Positions 1 to 10,273 of a DNA stretch of 64,000 nt are shown piece by piece; position 1 is the first letter of the stretch; each line of letters starts with the position of its first letter. The notes beneath the pieces are model-generated. The model was not told where the DNA came from, ran no database searches, and saw only the letters and a program-made list of their open reading frames with translations. Source of the DNA: an uncultured delta proteobacterium (lineage in GTDB: Bacteria > Desulfobacterota > Desulfuromonadia > Desulfuromonadales > BM103); NCBI GenBank assembly GCA_963715335.1, contig CAVQRZ010000001.1, positions 256,001 to 320,000 of the forward strand. The letters run 5' to 3'. The translations under genes were made by a program, and so were the position numbers.

Positions 1-2
1 GG

Positions 3-914
3 GGTGACGTGGCCCTCTTCTTCGGCCTTTCCGGCACCGGCAAGACCACGCTCTCCACCGATCCCCATCGCAGGCTGATCGGTGACGATGAGCACGGCTG
101 GGATGACGACGGGATTTTCAACTTTGAGGGCGGCTGCTACGCCAAGTGTATCAACCTGAGCGCTGAAAACGAGCCGGAGATATACAAGGCCATCCAGCGC
201 AACGCCCTGCTTGAAAATGTAGTCGCCGATGAAGACGGCGTGGTCGATTTTGACAGCGACGCCAAAACCGAGAACACCCGCGTCTCCTACCCGATTGAGC
301 ATATTGACAACCATGACCCGAGTCTCAAGGGCGGGCACCCGAAAAATATTATTTTCCTGACCTGCGATGCCTTCGGCGTCCTGCCGCCAGTCTCCAAACT
401 GACCAAGGAGCAGGCAATGTACTACTTCCTCTCCGGCTATACCGCCAAGGTCGCCGGGACCGAGCGAGGCGTCACCGAACCGCAGGCAACCTTCTCTTCA
501 TGTTTCGGCGAAGCGTTCCTGCCGCTGCACCCCACGGCGTACGCCAAGCTGCTCGGCGAGAAGCTGGAGAAGCACAGCGTCAACGCCTACCTGGTCAACA
601 CCGGCTGGGTCGGCGGCGGCTACGGCGTCGGCAAACGGATGAGCATCAAGGCAACCCGCGCCTGCATCGATGCCATCCTCGACGGTAGCATCAAAGACGT
701 TGAGTTCGATCAGACCCGCTGGTTCCGGCTCAACATCCCCAAGACCCTGCCGGGCGTCGATACCAACCTGCTCAACCCCCGCAATTCCTGGGCCAACAAG
801 GAAGCCTTCGACAACACCGCAAACAAGCTGGCAGGGATGTTCATCGAGAACTTCAAGAAGTACACCCGTGGCAATGACGGCTTTGATTACACCCAGGCCG
901 GCCCAAAGGTCTGA
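3..914 (+). CDS. pckA: Phosphoenolpyruvate carboxykinase (ATP), 5'-truncated by window edge
   Basis: [10 protein letters not shown]-loop, [19 protein letters not shown] and TENTRVSYP signature segments. Confidence 0.97.
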   Translation, partial: GDVALFFGLSGTGKTTLSTDPHRRLIGDDEHGWDDDGIFNFEGGCYAKCINLSAENEPEIYKAIQRNALLENVVADEDGVVDFDSDAKTENTRVSYPIEHIDNHDPSLKGGHPKNIIFLTCDAFGVLPPVSKLTKEQAMYYFLSGYTAKVAGTERGVTEPQATFSSCFGEAFLPLHPTAYAKLLGEKLEKHSVNAYLVNTGWVGGGYGVGKRMSIKATRACIDAILDGSIKDVEFDQTRWFRLNIPKTLPGVDTNLLNPRNSWANKEAFDNTANKLAGMFIENFKKYTRGNDGFDYTQAGPKV

Positions 915-932
915 TCCCAAGCTACATAAGTC

Positions 933-966
933 ATCAAAAGGGCGCCCGACGGGGTGCCCTTTTGAT
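933..966 (+). terminator. Intrinsic terminator after pckA
   Basis: ATCAAAAGGGCGCCC...GGGTGCCCTTTTGAT stem-loop with T tract. Confidence 0.75.
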
Positions 967-1085
967 TTTAAGGAGTATGGTGATCTCTGGCCTGTTCCCT
1001 GCGGATCGTAAACAGGGCCGCTGTCGCCACATTACTTCCGGATCGTGATTAGACTCCGGGATGTCAGCTCTTAATATATGTCGTA

Positions 1086-1113
1086 TTGACAAGCAGTCCA
1101 TGCTGGATAGATT
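1086..1113 (+). promoter_or_regulatory. Putative sigma70 promoter for asparaginase-domain gene
   Basis: TTGACA-N16-TAGATT ending 30 nt upstream of ATG. Confidence 0.45.
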
Positions 1114-1143
1114 TAACTAGGGTTATTAAACAAGGGGGACGGG

Positions 1144-1626
1144 ATGCATCTTGAAATATTCACTACTGGTGGCACCATCGACAAGGTCTACTTCGATGCG
1201 AAAAGCTCTTTCGAAGTCGGTGATCCGCAGATTGTCGAGGTGCTCCGCGAGGCCAACCTCTGCATCGATTACCGGGTCACCCAGATCATGCGCAAGGACA
1301 GCCTGGAGTTGACCGATGCAGATCGTGAAACGATCCGCCACAGCGTAGAATCATCGGAAGCCGGAAACATAGTCATCACACATGGCACCGACACCATGAT
1401 CGACACGGCCAAGGCCCTGGCACAGGTTGCCGGAAAGACCATCGTCCTGACCGGAGCTATGCAGCCCGCCCGTTTCCGCCGCACCGATGCGGTTTTCAAC
1501 ATTGCCAGCGCGATGATGGCGGCACAGATCCTGCCTGCTGGAGTTTATATTGTCATGAATGGACAGGTCTTCGATCCAAACGCTGCACGCAAAAATGTCG
1601 CGCTGAACCGCTTCGAAGAAGTTTGA
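1144..1626 (+). CDS. Asparaginase N-terminal-domain-only protein
   Basis: TTGGTIDK and ITHGTDTM catalytic Thr motifs; only 160 aa. Confidence 0.88.
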   Translation: MHLEIFTTGGTIDKVYFDAKSSFEVGDPQIVEVLREANLCIDYRVTQIMRKDSLELTDADRETIRHSVESSEAGNIVITHGTDTMIDTAKALAQVAGKTIVLTGAMQPARFRRTDAVFNIASAMMAAQILPAGVYIVMNGQVFDPNAARKNVALNRFEEV

Positions 1627-1634
1627 TGGCGCCT

Positions 1635-1895
1635 TCAGTGGCTGGACAGGTAGCGCTTGGGCGGCGGGGAGTCGATGCCAGGGGCACTCTTCCCTTCCCG
1701 CTTCGGCACGCAATCCGCGGGGCGGGCATAATCCCAGAAAGGCCGATCCGCCTCACGCTCCGCTTCGGCACGGCTGATGCCGATATCCTTGGCAAGGACC
1801 TCGCTTAGCCGGCGCAGTTCACCTCTCTCATGGGCAACCTCACGCCACACCCTGATTTGTTTCCAGCCTCTTTTAAACAATCCTACGAGCAACAT
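1635..1895 (-). CDS. DUF1127 (YjiS-like) small protein
   Basis: Arg-rich ERGELRRLSEVLAKDIGISRAEAEREADRPFW matches the DUF1127 LxDIGLsR...PFW pattern; AGGAG RBS. Confidence 0.8.
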   Translation of the reverse strand: MLLVGLFKRGWKQIRVWREVAHERGELRRLSEVLAKDIGISRAEAEREADRPFWDYARPADCVPKREGKSAPGIDSPPPKRYLSSH

Positions 1896-1977
1896 GCTTC
1901 AAGTCTCCTTACTGTGTGTTGACTTCACTATGCGCCTATGATATTGATTTGTAAAATGAATTTATTTTATGTTTTAT

Positions 1978-1992
1978 ATCAATTATTTTGAT
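1978..1992. promoter_or_regulatory. Putative LysR binding site (T-N11-A)
   Basis: ATCAA-TTATT-TTGAT dyad in the AT-rich divergent region between DUF1127 and LysR genes. Confidence 0.5.
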
Positions 1993-2002
1993 GACTCGTG
2001 GC

Positions 2003-2845
2003 ATGGAACTGCAAATCGATCTCTTAAAAACCTTTCTCGCCATCATCGACACAGGCGGCTTTACCAGCGCCTCGCAGCGCGTGCACCGGACGCAGTCGGC
2101 GATCAGCATGCAGGTCAAGCGGCTCGAGGATACCATTGGCCAGCCCCTCTTTGAGCGGACCGGGCGCAGCTTCCGGATCACTGCCGAAGGCGAGGCCCTA
2201 ATCCCCTATGCCCGGCGGCTCCTCAAGCTGCACGATGAGACCGTTGCGGCGATGATCAAGCCGAACGTCGTTGGCTCTGTGAAAATCGGCATCATCGACG
2301 ATTACGCCCTGCGCTTCCTGCCCAACATCCTTTCCCGCTTCGCCGCCGCCTACCCTCAGGTACAGGTGACGGTCCGCTGCGAGCCGACTTCGCTGCTGGT
2401 TCCCGCCCTCGAAAAAGGAGAACTCGACCTGGTGCTGGTCAATGGCAATCCCGGTGAAGATGGTGAAATAATTCGTCATGACCAGGCCATCTGGGTGACC
2501 TCGGCGAGCCACCTGACCCACGAAGAGGACCCGCTGCCCCTGGCGGTTTTCCATGCCGAATGCATCTTTCGCAAGTGGGCCCTCGATGCCCTCGATGCAA
2601 TCAATCGTCGCTACCGCGTCGCCTACCAGAGCCCCAGCGTCGCCGGCATCGTCGCCACCGTTTCTGCCGGACTGGCTGTCGCCATCCTCTTCGACAGCGT
2701 GGCGCCCCAGGAGTTCCGTCGACTGAGAGGCGACGACGGCTTTCCAGAGCTCCCCGCGGCCAAGATCATCCTCAAGCGGGCACCAGGCCGCGGCGCAGCG
2801 GCCGTAGAATGCATGGCCCAGCATATCCAGGAAGGGATGCGCTAA
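2003..2845 (+). CDS. LysR family transcriptional regulator
   Basis: N-terminal HTH GGFTSASQRVHRTQSAISMQVKRLE plus substrate-binding domain; start placed at MELQIDLL. Confidence 0.95.
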   Translation: MELQIDLLKTFLAIIDTGGFTSASQRVHRTQSAISMQVKRLEDTIGQPLFERTGRSFRITAEGEALIPYARRLLKLHDETVAAMIKPNVVGSVKIGIIDDYALRFLPNILSRFAAAYPQVQVTVRCEPTSLLVPALEKGELDLVLVNGNPGEDGEIIRHDQAIWVTSASHLTHEEDPLPLAVFHAECIFRKWALDALDAINRRYRVAYQSPSVAGIVATVSAGLAVAILFDSVAPQEFRRLRGDDGFPELPAAKIILKRAPGRGAAAVECMAQHIQEGMR

Positions 2846-2881
2846 AAAAACCGGGGACACATCGCATGATGTGTCCCCGGT
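2844..2881 (-). terminator. Terminator of aap operon, possibly bidirectional
   Basis: 14-bp perfect stem ACCGGGGACACATC/GATGTGTCCCCGGT with an A7 run (T7 on minus strand) between convergent genes. Confidence 0.8.
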
Positions 2882-2916
2882 CTCGATATACCTGACAGGT
2901 TGCCTGGCCCGCGGGC

Positions 2917-3687
2917 CTAGAGAATCTGGCTCAAGAATAGCTTGGTCCGCTCATGCTGCGGGTTGTCAAAGAACTCGTGTGGATTATTCTGTTCGACGAT
3001 CTGCCCGTCATCCATAAACATCACCCGGTCGGCGACGCTCTTGGCAAAGCCCATCTCGTGGGTAACCACCAGCATCGTCATCCCCTCTTCGGCCAAATCG
3101 ATCATGACGTCAAGGACCTCCTTGATCATCTCCGGATCAAGTGCCGAGGTCGGCTCGTCAAACAGCATCACCTTGGGCTTCATGCACAGGCTGCGGGCGA
3201 TCGCCACACGCTGCTGTTGGCCACCGGAAAGCTGGCCGGGGAATTTTTTCGCCTGCTCGGCAATATGCACCTTCTCCAGGAACATCATCGCCAATTCTTC
3301 AGCTTCCTTCTTCGGCGTCTTGCGCACCCAGATCGGCCCCAGGGTCAGGTTGTCGATGATCGAAAGATGCGGGAAGAGGTTGAAATGCTGGAAGACCATG
3401 CCGACTTCCGTGCGAACTTTTTCAATGTTCTTGATGTCGTTGGTCAGTTCCGTACCGTTGACGATGATCTGGCCGCGCTGATGCTCTTCAAGCCGGTTGA
3501 TGCAGCGGATCAGGGTTGACTTGCCGGAACCGGACGGTCCGCAGACGACAATCCGCTCGCCGAGCTGCACGTGCAGGTTGATATCACTGAGGACATGAAA
3601 ATCCCCGTACCATTTGTGCATGCCGTTGACTTCTATAATCGGTCTGTCAGCGGGGGTCACGGCAGCTTGTTGTTCAATTTCGTTCAT
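2917..3687 (-). CDS. aapP: General L-amino acid ABC transporter ATP-binding protein
   Basis: GPSGSGKS Walker [20 protein letters not shown]. Confidence 0.9.
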   Translation of the reverse strand: MNEIEQQAAVTPADRPIIEVNGMHKWYGDFHVLSDINLHVQLGERIVVCGPSGSGKSTLIRCINRLEEHQRGQIIVNGTELTNDIKNIEKVRTEVGMVFQHFNLFPHLSIIDNLTLGPIWVRKTPKKEAEELAMMFLEKVHIAEQAKKFPGQLSGGQQQRVAIARSLCMKPKVMLFDEPTSALDPEMIKEVLDVMIDLAEEGMTMLVVTHEMGFAKSVADRVMFMDDGQIVEQNNPHEFFDNPQHERTKLFLSQIL

Positions 3688-3717
3688 AACACTCTCACAG
3701 TATACGGCTTGCCGGCC

Positions 3718-4809
3718 TTAACGACCGGTGTGCAGTTCTTTCTCCAGCTTTCGACTGTAATTCGACATCGCGTAGCAGCAGATGAAGTAAAGGACCGCCA
3801 GGAAGATATAGGCCTCGGTCGAGTAGCCGGTCCACTTCGGGTTCGACAGGGTAACCTTGGTCGTCTTCAGCACATCGTACAGGGCGATGATCACAACCAG
3901 TGAGGTATCCTTGAATGCGGACAGCAGAATGCCGACACTCGGTGGGATCACGATCTTCAGGGCCTGTGGCAGAATAATCTGCCGCATCGTCTGGCTATAG
4001 TTCAGACCGATCGAGTCAGCAGCTTCGAACTGGCCGCGCGGCATGGCCTGCAGTCCGCCTCGCACCACCTCGGCGATATAGGCCGCAGTGAAGAGAATGA
4101 TCGCCGCCTGGGCGCGCAGCACCTTGTCGATCGTCACCCCTTCGGGGAGAAACAGCGGAAACATCACCGATGACATGAACAGCAGGCTGATCAACGGCAC
4201 CCCGCGAATCATCTCGATATAGACGACACAGAGGGTCTTGATTGCCGGCATCTTTGACTGCCGGCCAAGCGCCAGAAACACTCCGAGCGGGTAAGCGGCG
4301 ACCATGCCGAACAGGGAGAGCATGAAGGTCAGTGGCAGGCCGCTCCACTGGGCAGTTTCAACCACCTGCATACCAAAGACACCGCCATACATCAGGGTGC
4401 CCATGACAATCAGCCCAACCGTCCAGTAGATACCGAGAGACTTCTTCCAATGCTTGCGATTCCGGGAAAAGATCACCAGGCCAAGCAACAGCGCCATGGC
4501 GAGACCCGGCCGCCACTGCTCACCATCAGGGAAAAAGCCGAAGATGATGAAACTGATATTTTGCGGGATGATCGACCAGCAGGCACCTTCGATGTCACGA
4601 CAGGCCTCTGCCGGAGAGTTCCAGACGCTGTCGATGAACGCCCAGCTGAAAAACGGCGGCACGACCTGCCAGAGCAGCAGCAGCACTGCGATCGTCAACA
4701 GCGAGTTGAACCAGCTGTTGAACAGGTTGCCCCGCAGCCAGCCGATCACTCCGACTTCGGTAATGGGGGGCTTGAGATATTCGCGGGTCGAGACTGGAGG
4801 ATTGGTCAT
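3718..4809 (-). CDS. aapM: Amino acid ABC transporter permease (AapM/BztC type)
   Basis: Large permease, GWLRGNLFNSW N-terminus, AEVVRGGLQA...GQFEAA EAA loop. Confidence 0.87.
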   Translation of the reverse strand: MTNPPVSTREYLKPPITEVGVIGWLRGNLFNSWFNSLLTIAVLLLLWQVVPPFFSWAFIDSVWNSPAEACRDIEGACWSIIPQNISFIIFGFFPDGEQWRPGLAMALLLGLVIFSRNRKHWKKSLGIYWTVGLIVMGTLMYGGVFGMQVVETAQWSGLPLTFMLSLFGMVAAYPLGVFLALGRQSKMPAIKTLCVVYIEMIRGVPLISLLFMSSVMFPLFLPEGVTIDKVLRAQAAIILFTAAYIAEVVRGGLQAMPRGQFEAADSIGLNYSQTMRQIILPQALKIVIPPSVGILLSAFKDTSLVVIIALYDVLKTTKVTLSNPKWTGYSTEAYIFLAVLYFICCYAMSNYSRKLEKELHTGR

Positions 4810-4813
4810 GAAG

Positions 4814-6016
4814 TCACCTCTCCACCAGGGCCATCTTCTTGTTGTACCAGTTCATAAATACTGACGTCGACAAGCTGAAGAAGAGATAGACCAGCATGAT
4901 CAGGGCCACGCCCTCGATCGCCTGCCCAGTCTGGTTGATCGTGGTGTTGGTGACCGCCACGAAATCGGCGAAGCCGATGGCGATCGCCAGCGAACTGTTC
5001 TTGGTCAGGTTGAGCATCTGGCTGGTCAACGGCGGAATGATCACGCGCAGCGCCTGGGGCAGGACCACCAGGTGCAGGACCTGACCGGGGCGTAAACCGA
5101 CCGCCATGGCAGCCTCAACCTGGCCGCGACCGACCGACTGGATACCGGCGCGGACAATCTCGGCGACAAACGCCGCCGTGTAAAGCACCAGGCCCAGCAA
5201 CAAGGCGCTGAACTCGGGGCTGACTGTCACCCCCCCCTTGAAATTGAACCCTTGCAGTTGCGGTACATTCATGGCCGTCGGTGCGCCGTAGACAAACCAG
5301 ACGAGGAGCGGCAACACCACCGACAGCGCAAGGGTAACCCGGACTGCCGGGAAGATCTGCCCGGTTCGTGCCTGGCGCTGGCGCCCCCAGCGATTCAACC
5401 CCCAGCCAACTGCCAGGGCAATCACGAACGCCCAGCCCATGGCGGCATGGGCAGCATGTGCCTCCGGTACGCCGAAAATCAGCCCGCGGTTGCAGAGGAA
5501 CACCCCGCCAAACGGGTTGAGTGCCTGACGTGGCGACGGAAAAGACTCGTAGAAAATGGCATACCAGAAAAAGAGCTGCAGGAGGATCGGGATATTCTGC
5601 ATCAATTCGATATAACCCGCCGCAAGTTTTGACAACAGCCAGTTGCTGGACAGGCGGGAGATGCCGATGATGGTGCCGAGGATCGTGGTCAGGACAATGC
5701 CGATGAAGGACACCTTGATCGTGTTCAGGGCACCGACCAGCAGGGCATCGGCATAACTGTCAGCGGCCGAATACTCGATGACCGACTCACCGATCTCGAA
5801 ACCGGCCTCCTTGCCCAGGAAACCGAAACCGGTGGCGATCGATTGTCGTTCGAGGTTGGCCTGGGTGTTGGAGAACAGATAATAGCTGACGAAAGCAACC
5901 AGCAACAGGGCCACAACCTGGAACACGATGGCCCGCTTGCCCGGGTCGCGCCAGAAAGGCACGGACCCCGGCCGCAATTTCGCGTCTATCGTATTGTTCA
6001 GCTCTTTGCTCTTCAA
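4814..6016 (-). CDS. aapQ: Amino acid ABC transporter permease (AapQ/BztB type); start uncertain
   Basis: GFGFLGKEAGFEIGE, AEIVRAGIQSV..GQVEAA, NLTKNSSLA. Confidence 0.87.
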   Translation of the reverse strand: MKSKELNNTIDAKLRPGSVPFWRDPGKRAIVFQVVALLLVAFVSYYLFSNTQANLERQSIATGFGFLGKEAGFEIGESVIEYSAADSYADALLVGALNTIKVSFIGIVLTTILGTIIGISRLSSNWLLSKLAAGYIELMQNIPILLQLFFWYAIFYESFPSPRQALNPFGGVFLCNRGLIFGVPEAHAAHAAMGWAFVIALAVGWGLNRWGRQRQARTGQIFPAVRVTLALSVVLPLLVWFVYGAPTAMNVPQLQGFNFKGGVTVSPEFSALLLGLVLYTAAFVAEIVRAGIQSVGRGQVEAAMAVGLRPGQVLHLVVLPQALRVIIPPLTSQMLNLTKNSSLAIAIGFADFVAVTNTTINQTGQAIEGVALIMLVYLFFSLSTSVFMNWYNKKMALVER

Positions 6017-6076
6017 AGAATATCCTGTTCAGACCAGAACCGGCCACGCGGGAGAAGTCGCCAGAATCAGCATAAC

Positions 6077-6114
6077 AAAAACGGGGAGATGTCGACAAGC
6101 GACATCTCCCCGGT
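6077..6114 (-). terminator. Intra-operon stem-loop or partial terminator after aapJ
   Basis: 13-bp stem CGGGGAGATGTCG/CGACATCTCCCCG followed by T5 on minus strand. Confidence 0.7.
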
Positions 6115-6129
6115 CCAGCAAAAAAGCTG

Positions 6130-7149
6130 TTACTTGAAAGGCGGCGAATACATCAGGCCACCATTGGTCCACAGGCCGTTCAGGCCACGTTCGATACCGA
6201 GGGTTGTCTTTACGCCAACGTTGCGTTCAAACACTTCGCCGTAGTTGCCGACCTGCTTGACGATGTTGTAAGCCCACTTTTCATCGAGACCAAGAGCGGC
6301 GCCGTTGCCTTCAATCACACCGAGGAAGCGCTGAACCGTCGGGTCATTGCTCTTGAGCATTTCATCGACGTTCTGCGAAGTGATGCCAAGTTCTTCTGCG
6401 TTGATCATCGCGAGGACTGCGAAGTCAACGACGTCGCGGAATTGATCGTCACCATGACGCACGGCCGGAGCCAGGGGCTCCTTGGAGATGATTTCCGGTA
6501 GGATTGCATAATCTCCGGGATTCGGCGCAACCGCACGAGTCCCTGCCAGCTGCGAAGCATCCGAGGTCAATACATCGCAACGACCGGCGAAGAAGGTCTT
6601 GGCCAATTCGCTGGTCGACTCAATGACGACCGGCTTCCAGTCCATGCTGTTGCTGCGGAAGTAGTCAGCGGCATTCTGCTCGGTGGTGGTTCCCGGCAGG
6701 ACGCAGACTGTTGCACCACCCAGTTCCTTGGCGCTTTTCACGCCGAGCTTTTTCGGCACCATGAACCCCTGACCGTCATAATAGTTGACCGTGACGAAGT
6801 TCAGGCCGAGTTGCGTTTCGCGACTCAGGGTACGCGTAGCGTTACGTGTCAGCACATCGATCTCACCCGACTGCAGAGCGGTGAAACGCTGCTGGGCGGT
6901 CAAGGGGGTGTACTTGACCTTGCTGGCATCGCCGAAGATTGCTGCGGCCACGGCCTTGGCGGTGTCGACATCCAGCCCTTTCCAGACGCCTTTTTCGTCA
7001 GGCATACCGAAACCGAAGACCCCCCCGTTGACACCGGCCTGGACAAAGCCTTTCTTCTTCACGGCATCAAGGTCCTTACCGGCAAAGGCGAACCCTGCAG
7101 CCAGCAACGAAAGAATCATTACCAATACTGTCAGTCTGCTCACTTTCAT
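6130..7149 (-). CDS. aapJ: Amino acid ABC transporter periplasmic binding protein
   Basis: Signal peptide; RFTALQSGEIDVLTRN, NYYDGQGFMV, ISKEPLAPAVRHGD, VGNYGEVFERN. Confidence 0.92.
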   Translation of the reverse strand: MKVSRLTVLVMILSLLAAGFAFAGKDLDAVKKKGFVQAGVNGGVFGFGMPDEKGVWKGLDVDTAKAVAAAIFGDASKVKYTPLTAQQRFTALQSGEIDVLTRNATRTLSRETQLGLNFVTVNYYDGQGFMVPKKLGVKSAKELGGATVCVLPGTTTEQNAADYFRSNSMDWKPVVIESTSELAKTFFAGRCDVLTSDASQLAGTRAVAPNPGDYAILPEIISKEPLAPAVRHGDDQFRDVVDFAVLAMINAEELGITSQNVDEMLKSNDPTVQRFLGVIEGNGAALGLDEKWAYNIVKQVGNYGEVFERNVGVKTTLGIERGLNGLWTNGGLMYSPPFK

Positions 7150-7228
7150 TTGTCTGTCTCCTCAATTTTGAAGGTTGGAAAACTACATCCAGCAGGATGT
7201 ATGGAAAAGTTATAAGTACAGAGAATTA

Positions 7229-7256
7229 AATATACTTTGTATTTTGCATCTGTCAA
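7229..7256 (-). promoter_or_regulatory. Putative sigma70 promoter of aapJQMP
   Basis: Minus strand TTGACA-N16-TATATT about 80 nt upstream of aapJ. Confidence 0.5.
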
Positions 7257-7501
7257 TTGTGGGTGGAAAAACAATCAGGACATCAGGCAGATTAAGCGCC
7301 TTCCCACCAAAGACGACAAAAAGGCCTTTGCCTGGATGGAAAGCGGTGCAAGTCAGGAGAAGGATTTGTACCTGCTCAGCATCAGCCTGTTTAAACCTGC
7401 CACGGCAGGCTCCGCCGCATAAAAGTTATCGCACCGGATTGTCTAAACGGGTTAAATCTGCCAGACTGTTACACTCTCCAGACCAGCAAGGACGTCCTGA
7501 C

Positions 7502-8281
7502 ATGTGCCTGATCCTGATCGCCCATCACTTCACCGAGCAGACGCCACTTCTGGTCCTGGCCAATCGCGACGAATACTACGACCGGCCGGCCACGGCAGCT
7601 GCGCCATGGGATGAGTGCCGCGAGCTGATTGCCGGCCGGGACCTGGCCTCCGGCGGCAGCTGGTTCGGCGCCAGGGGGTTGCGCTGGGCAAGCGTTACCA
7701 ACGTTCGGGAGGGCATTGAACACCGCCACAGCCACCGGTCACGTGGCTGGCTGGTGCGTGATTACCTGCTGTCAAACCTTTCCGCTCAGGAATACCTGGC
7801 AAAGATTGCCGATCAAACCGCCGAACATGCCGGGTTTAACCTGTTGCTAGGCCACGACCAAGAGCTCTGGTACTGCTCGAACCGTGGTCCCGTCGCAGAG
7901 CGGCTCAAGCCGGGGATTTACGGTCTGAGCAACCACCTCATCGACACCCCCTGGCCTAAGGTCAAACACGGCAAAGCAGCTTTACACGCGCTGATGAGTT
8001 CTCCACAGATCGATCTCAACCAGGGTTTTGCTATCCTTGCCGACACAACGCTGGCAGACGATGCCAAACTGCCTGATACCGGCATACCTCTTGAGTGGGA
8101 ACGCACACTGTCCGCAACCTTTATCAGTGCCCAAAATTATGGCACGCGCTGCTCGACCCTGCTGATGAGAACAATTGGCGGCAGCCACAGCCTCATCGAA
8201 CGGCGCTTTACCGGTTCTCCCGAGAGCTGGGAAGAGAGCAGCTTTTCCTGGACCGTGCAGGGGAGTTTGCTTGACAGATAA
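7502..8281 (+). CDS. NRDE/TANGO2 family protein
   Basis: MCLILIA start, ANRDEYY motif, GLSNH, YGTR. Confidence 0.93.
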   Translation: MCLILIAHHFTEQTPLLVLANRDEYYDRPATAAAPWDECRELIAGRDLASGGSWFGARGLRWASVTNVREGIEHRHSHRSRGWLVRDYLLSNLSAQEYLAKIADQTAEHAGFNLLLGHDQELWYCSNRGPVAERLKPGIYGLSNHLIDTPWPKVKHGKAALHALMSSPQIDLNQGFAILADTTLADDAKLPDTGIPLEWERTLSATFISAQNYGTRCSTLLMRTIGGSHSLIERRFTGSPESWEESSFSWTVQGSLLDR

Positions 8282-8299
8282 ATTTTCTTAAAGAAGAAT
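8271..8299 (+). promoter_or_regulatory. Putative sigma70 promoter of thiL-che operon
   Basis: TTGACA-N17-AAGAAT upstream of the GGAGG RBS and TTG start of thiL. Confidence 0.45.
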
Positions 8300-8340
8300 G
8301 GCGCGTTACCATCTCGAGATCAGCAGCGGGAGGAATCCAT

Positions 8341-9354
8341 TTGAAGCTCAAGGACCTGGGCGAATTCCGGTTGATAGAACACATTCGCCAACGGGCGCCC
8401 GTTGGCGGCGATGTCCACCGCGGCATCGGTGATGATGCCGCCGTAGTCACCGTGCCCGAAGGCCATCACCTGCTGACCTCGATGGACATGTTGATCGAGA
8501 GTGTTCATTTTCGCCGGGACTGGACCACCCCCGAAGATCTTGGTCACAAGGCCGTGGCCGTCAACCTCAGTGACCTTGCCGCCATGGGCGGGACTCCCCG
8601 CTACCTCTATTTGGGACTTGCCTGCCCAGGGGAAACCTGCCTGGAAGACATTAAGGCTTTTCTCAACGGCGCCCTGGCAGAAGCGGAGCGCTACAACGTC
8701 GCACTGGTCGGTGGTGATACCTGCCGCAGCCCCGGGCCATGGATCATTTCAGTAACGGTTGAAGGCAGTACAGAGGCCGGTCGTGCGGTCGGCCGCGACG
8801 GCGCTCGACCCGGCGATATCATCATGGTTTCCGGGACCCTTGGCGACAGCGCCATGGCCTTGCATCTGCTGCAAAATAACCGGGTCCCCGGCGAGGCGTT
8901 GTCGGCCAGACACCACCGGCCGACGCCCCGGGTGGAACTCGGCCGCCGGCTTGGCAAAGAACGCATCGCCACGGCCATGATCGATATTTCCGACGGCCTG
9001 ACAGGAGACTTGGAGCACATCCTGCAAGCATCTCAGCTAGATGGCTTGATCGAAGAGCAAAAACTGCCCTTGTCAGACGCATTTATACATCTTGCCGAGA
9101 ATGAGCCGGCGCTGCGGGATCTGGCGCTCTTTGGCGGCGAAGATTACGAGCTCCTCTTTACCGCAGGCCCGGAACACGAGGCCGCAGCCCTGGCACTGGG
9201 GGCTGAACTGGATCTTCCGGTTACCCGCATCGGAGTCGTCCAGAGCGGTTCCGGAGGCCTTTTACTCCTGGACGGAAAGGACGGGCTACGGCCCATCCTT
9301 GTCAGGAGTTATGACCATTTTTGTCGCACCTGCAGCGAAGTCGAGACGACATGA
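8341..9354 (+). CDS. thiL: Thiamine-monophosphate kinase
   Basis: GEFRLI, GIGDDAA, AVNLSDLAAMG, GGDT, IDISDGL, GGEDYELLFT. Confidence 0.96.
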   Translation: MKLKDLGEFRLIEHIRQRAPVGGDVHRGIGDDAAVVTVPEGHHLLTSMDMLIESVHFRRDWTTPEDLGHKAVAVNLSDLAAMGGTPRYLYLGLACPGETCLEDIKAFLNGALAEAERYNVALVGGDTCRSPGPWIISVTVEGSTEAGRAVGRDGARPGDIIMVSGTLGDSAMALHLLQNNRVPGEALSARHHRPTPRVELGRRLGKERIATAMIDISDGLTGDLEHILQASQLDGLIEEQKLPLSDAFIHLAENEPALRDLALFGGEDYELLFTAGPEHEAAALALGAELDLPVTRIGVVQSGSGGLLLLDGKDGLRPILVRSYDHFCRTCSEVETT

Positions 9355-10262
9355 CTGAATCATCCAGGCAAATATGGACAGGAGACAGTCTCACCGATGC
9401 CGAATTTTCGGCCATCATTGAGAGGTTGCGCAAGCTGCGCCAGTTCGATCTTGGCCAGTACAAAGACCGCTGCGTCAGGCGCCGCATCGCCAAGCGATTG
9501 CGGGCCTGCAAAGTAGATGAATTTGCCACCTACCTTAATCTTCTGGATGTCGACCCGAACGAACTCGACACCCTCCTGGCAACCATATCGATTCATGTGT
9601 CCCAGTTTTTCCGCAACCCCGACACCTTCCGGATCATCGAGCAGAAAATCCTGCCGAGCCTTTGCCGCCAGGCCCGGGCAACCGGCCAGAGCAAACTGAC
9701 CCTGTGGAGCGCCGGCTGTGCCGCGGGCGAGGAGCCTTACTCCCTCGCCCTTCTGATTGACGATCTGTCGGTGGACGATCTTGAAATCCGGGTGCTGGCG
9801 ACCGACATCAGTGAACCGGTCCTGGCAACGGCCCGAGTCGGTTGTTTTGACATCTCCCGCATCAAAGAAATCCCGCCGCCGGTAATGAACAAATATTTTC
9901 GTGCGGAGGGAAACCGCTACCGACTGATTGAATCAGTACGGAGCCGGGTGGAATTTCAAAACCACAACATCATGACTGACAGCGAATATCCCGCAGCGGA
10001 CCTGATCCTCTGTCGCAATGTCCTGATCTATTTCAGCCGCCCCGAACAGGAGAAGATCCTCCTGCGCTTTGCCGCGGCCCTGCCACCGCAAGGCATCCTG
10101 ATTCTGGGCCGATCGGAGACAATAACCGGCGAAATTCGCCATTACTTCAAATCGGAATTCCCGGTGGAGCGGGTCTATCGCCGCACCGCAGAGCCCATCA
10201 ATCTGCCTGGGTTTGAAGCTTTGGCAACTGAACAAGACTCTCGATTGATGACTACCCGGTAA
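9351..10262 (+). CDS. cheR: Chemotaxis protein-glutamate O-methyltransferase
   Basis: [38 protein letters not shown] overlap with thiL. Confidence 0.95.
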   Translation: MTESSRQIWTGDSLTDAEFSAIIERLRKLRQFDLGQYKDRCVRRRIAKRLRACKVDEFATYLNLLDVDPNELDTLLATISIHVSQFFRNPDTFRIIEQKILPSLCRQARATGQSKLTLWSAGCAAGEEPYSLALLIDDLSVDDLEIRVLATDISEPVLATARVGCFDISRIKEIPPPVMNKYFRAEGNRYRLIESVRSRVEFQNHNIMTDSEYPAADLILCRNVLIYFSRPEQEKILLRFAAALPPQGILILGRSETITGEIRHYFKSEFPVERVYRRTAEPINLPGFEALATEQDSRLMTTR

Positions 10263-10273
10263 GGAGCAGAATC

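Noticed and set aside
977..1048. Short ORF after AGGAG downstream of the pckA terminator
   Set aside because: Very short, no recognisable features or support
7175..7501. N-terminal extension of the NRDE ORF
   Set aside because: The family starts at MC; the extension crosses the divergent aapJ promoter
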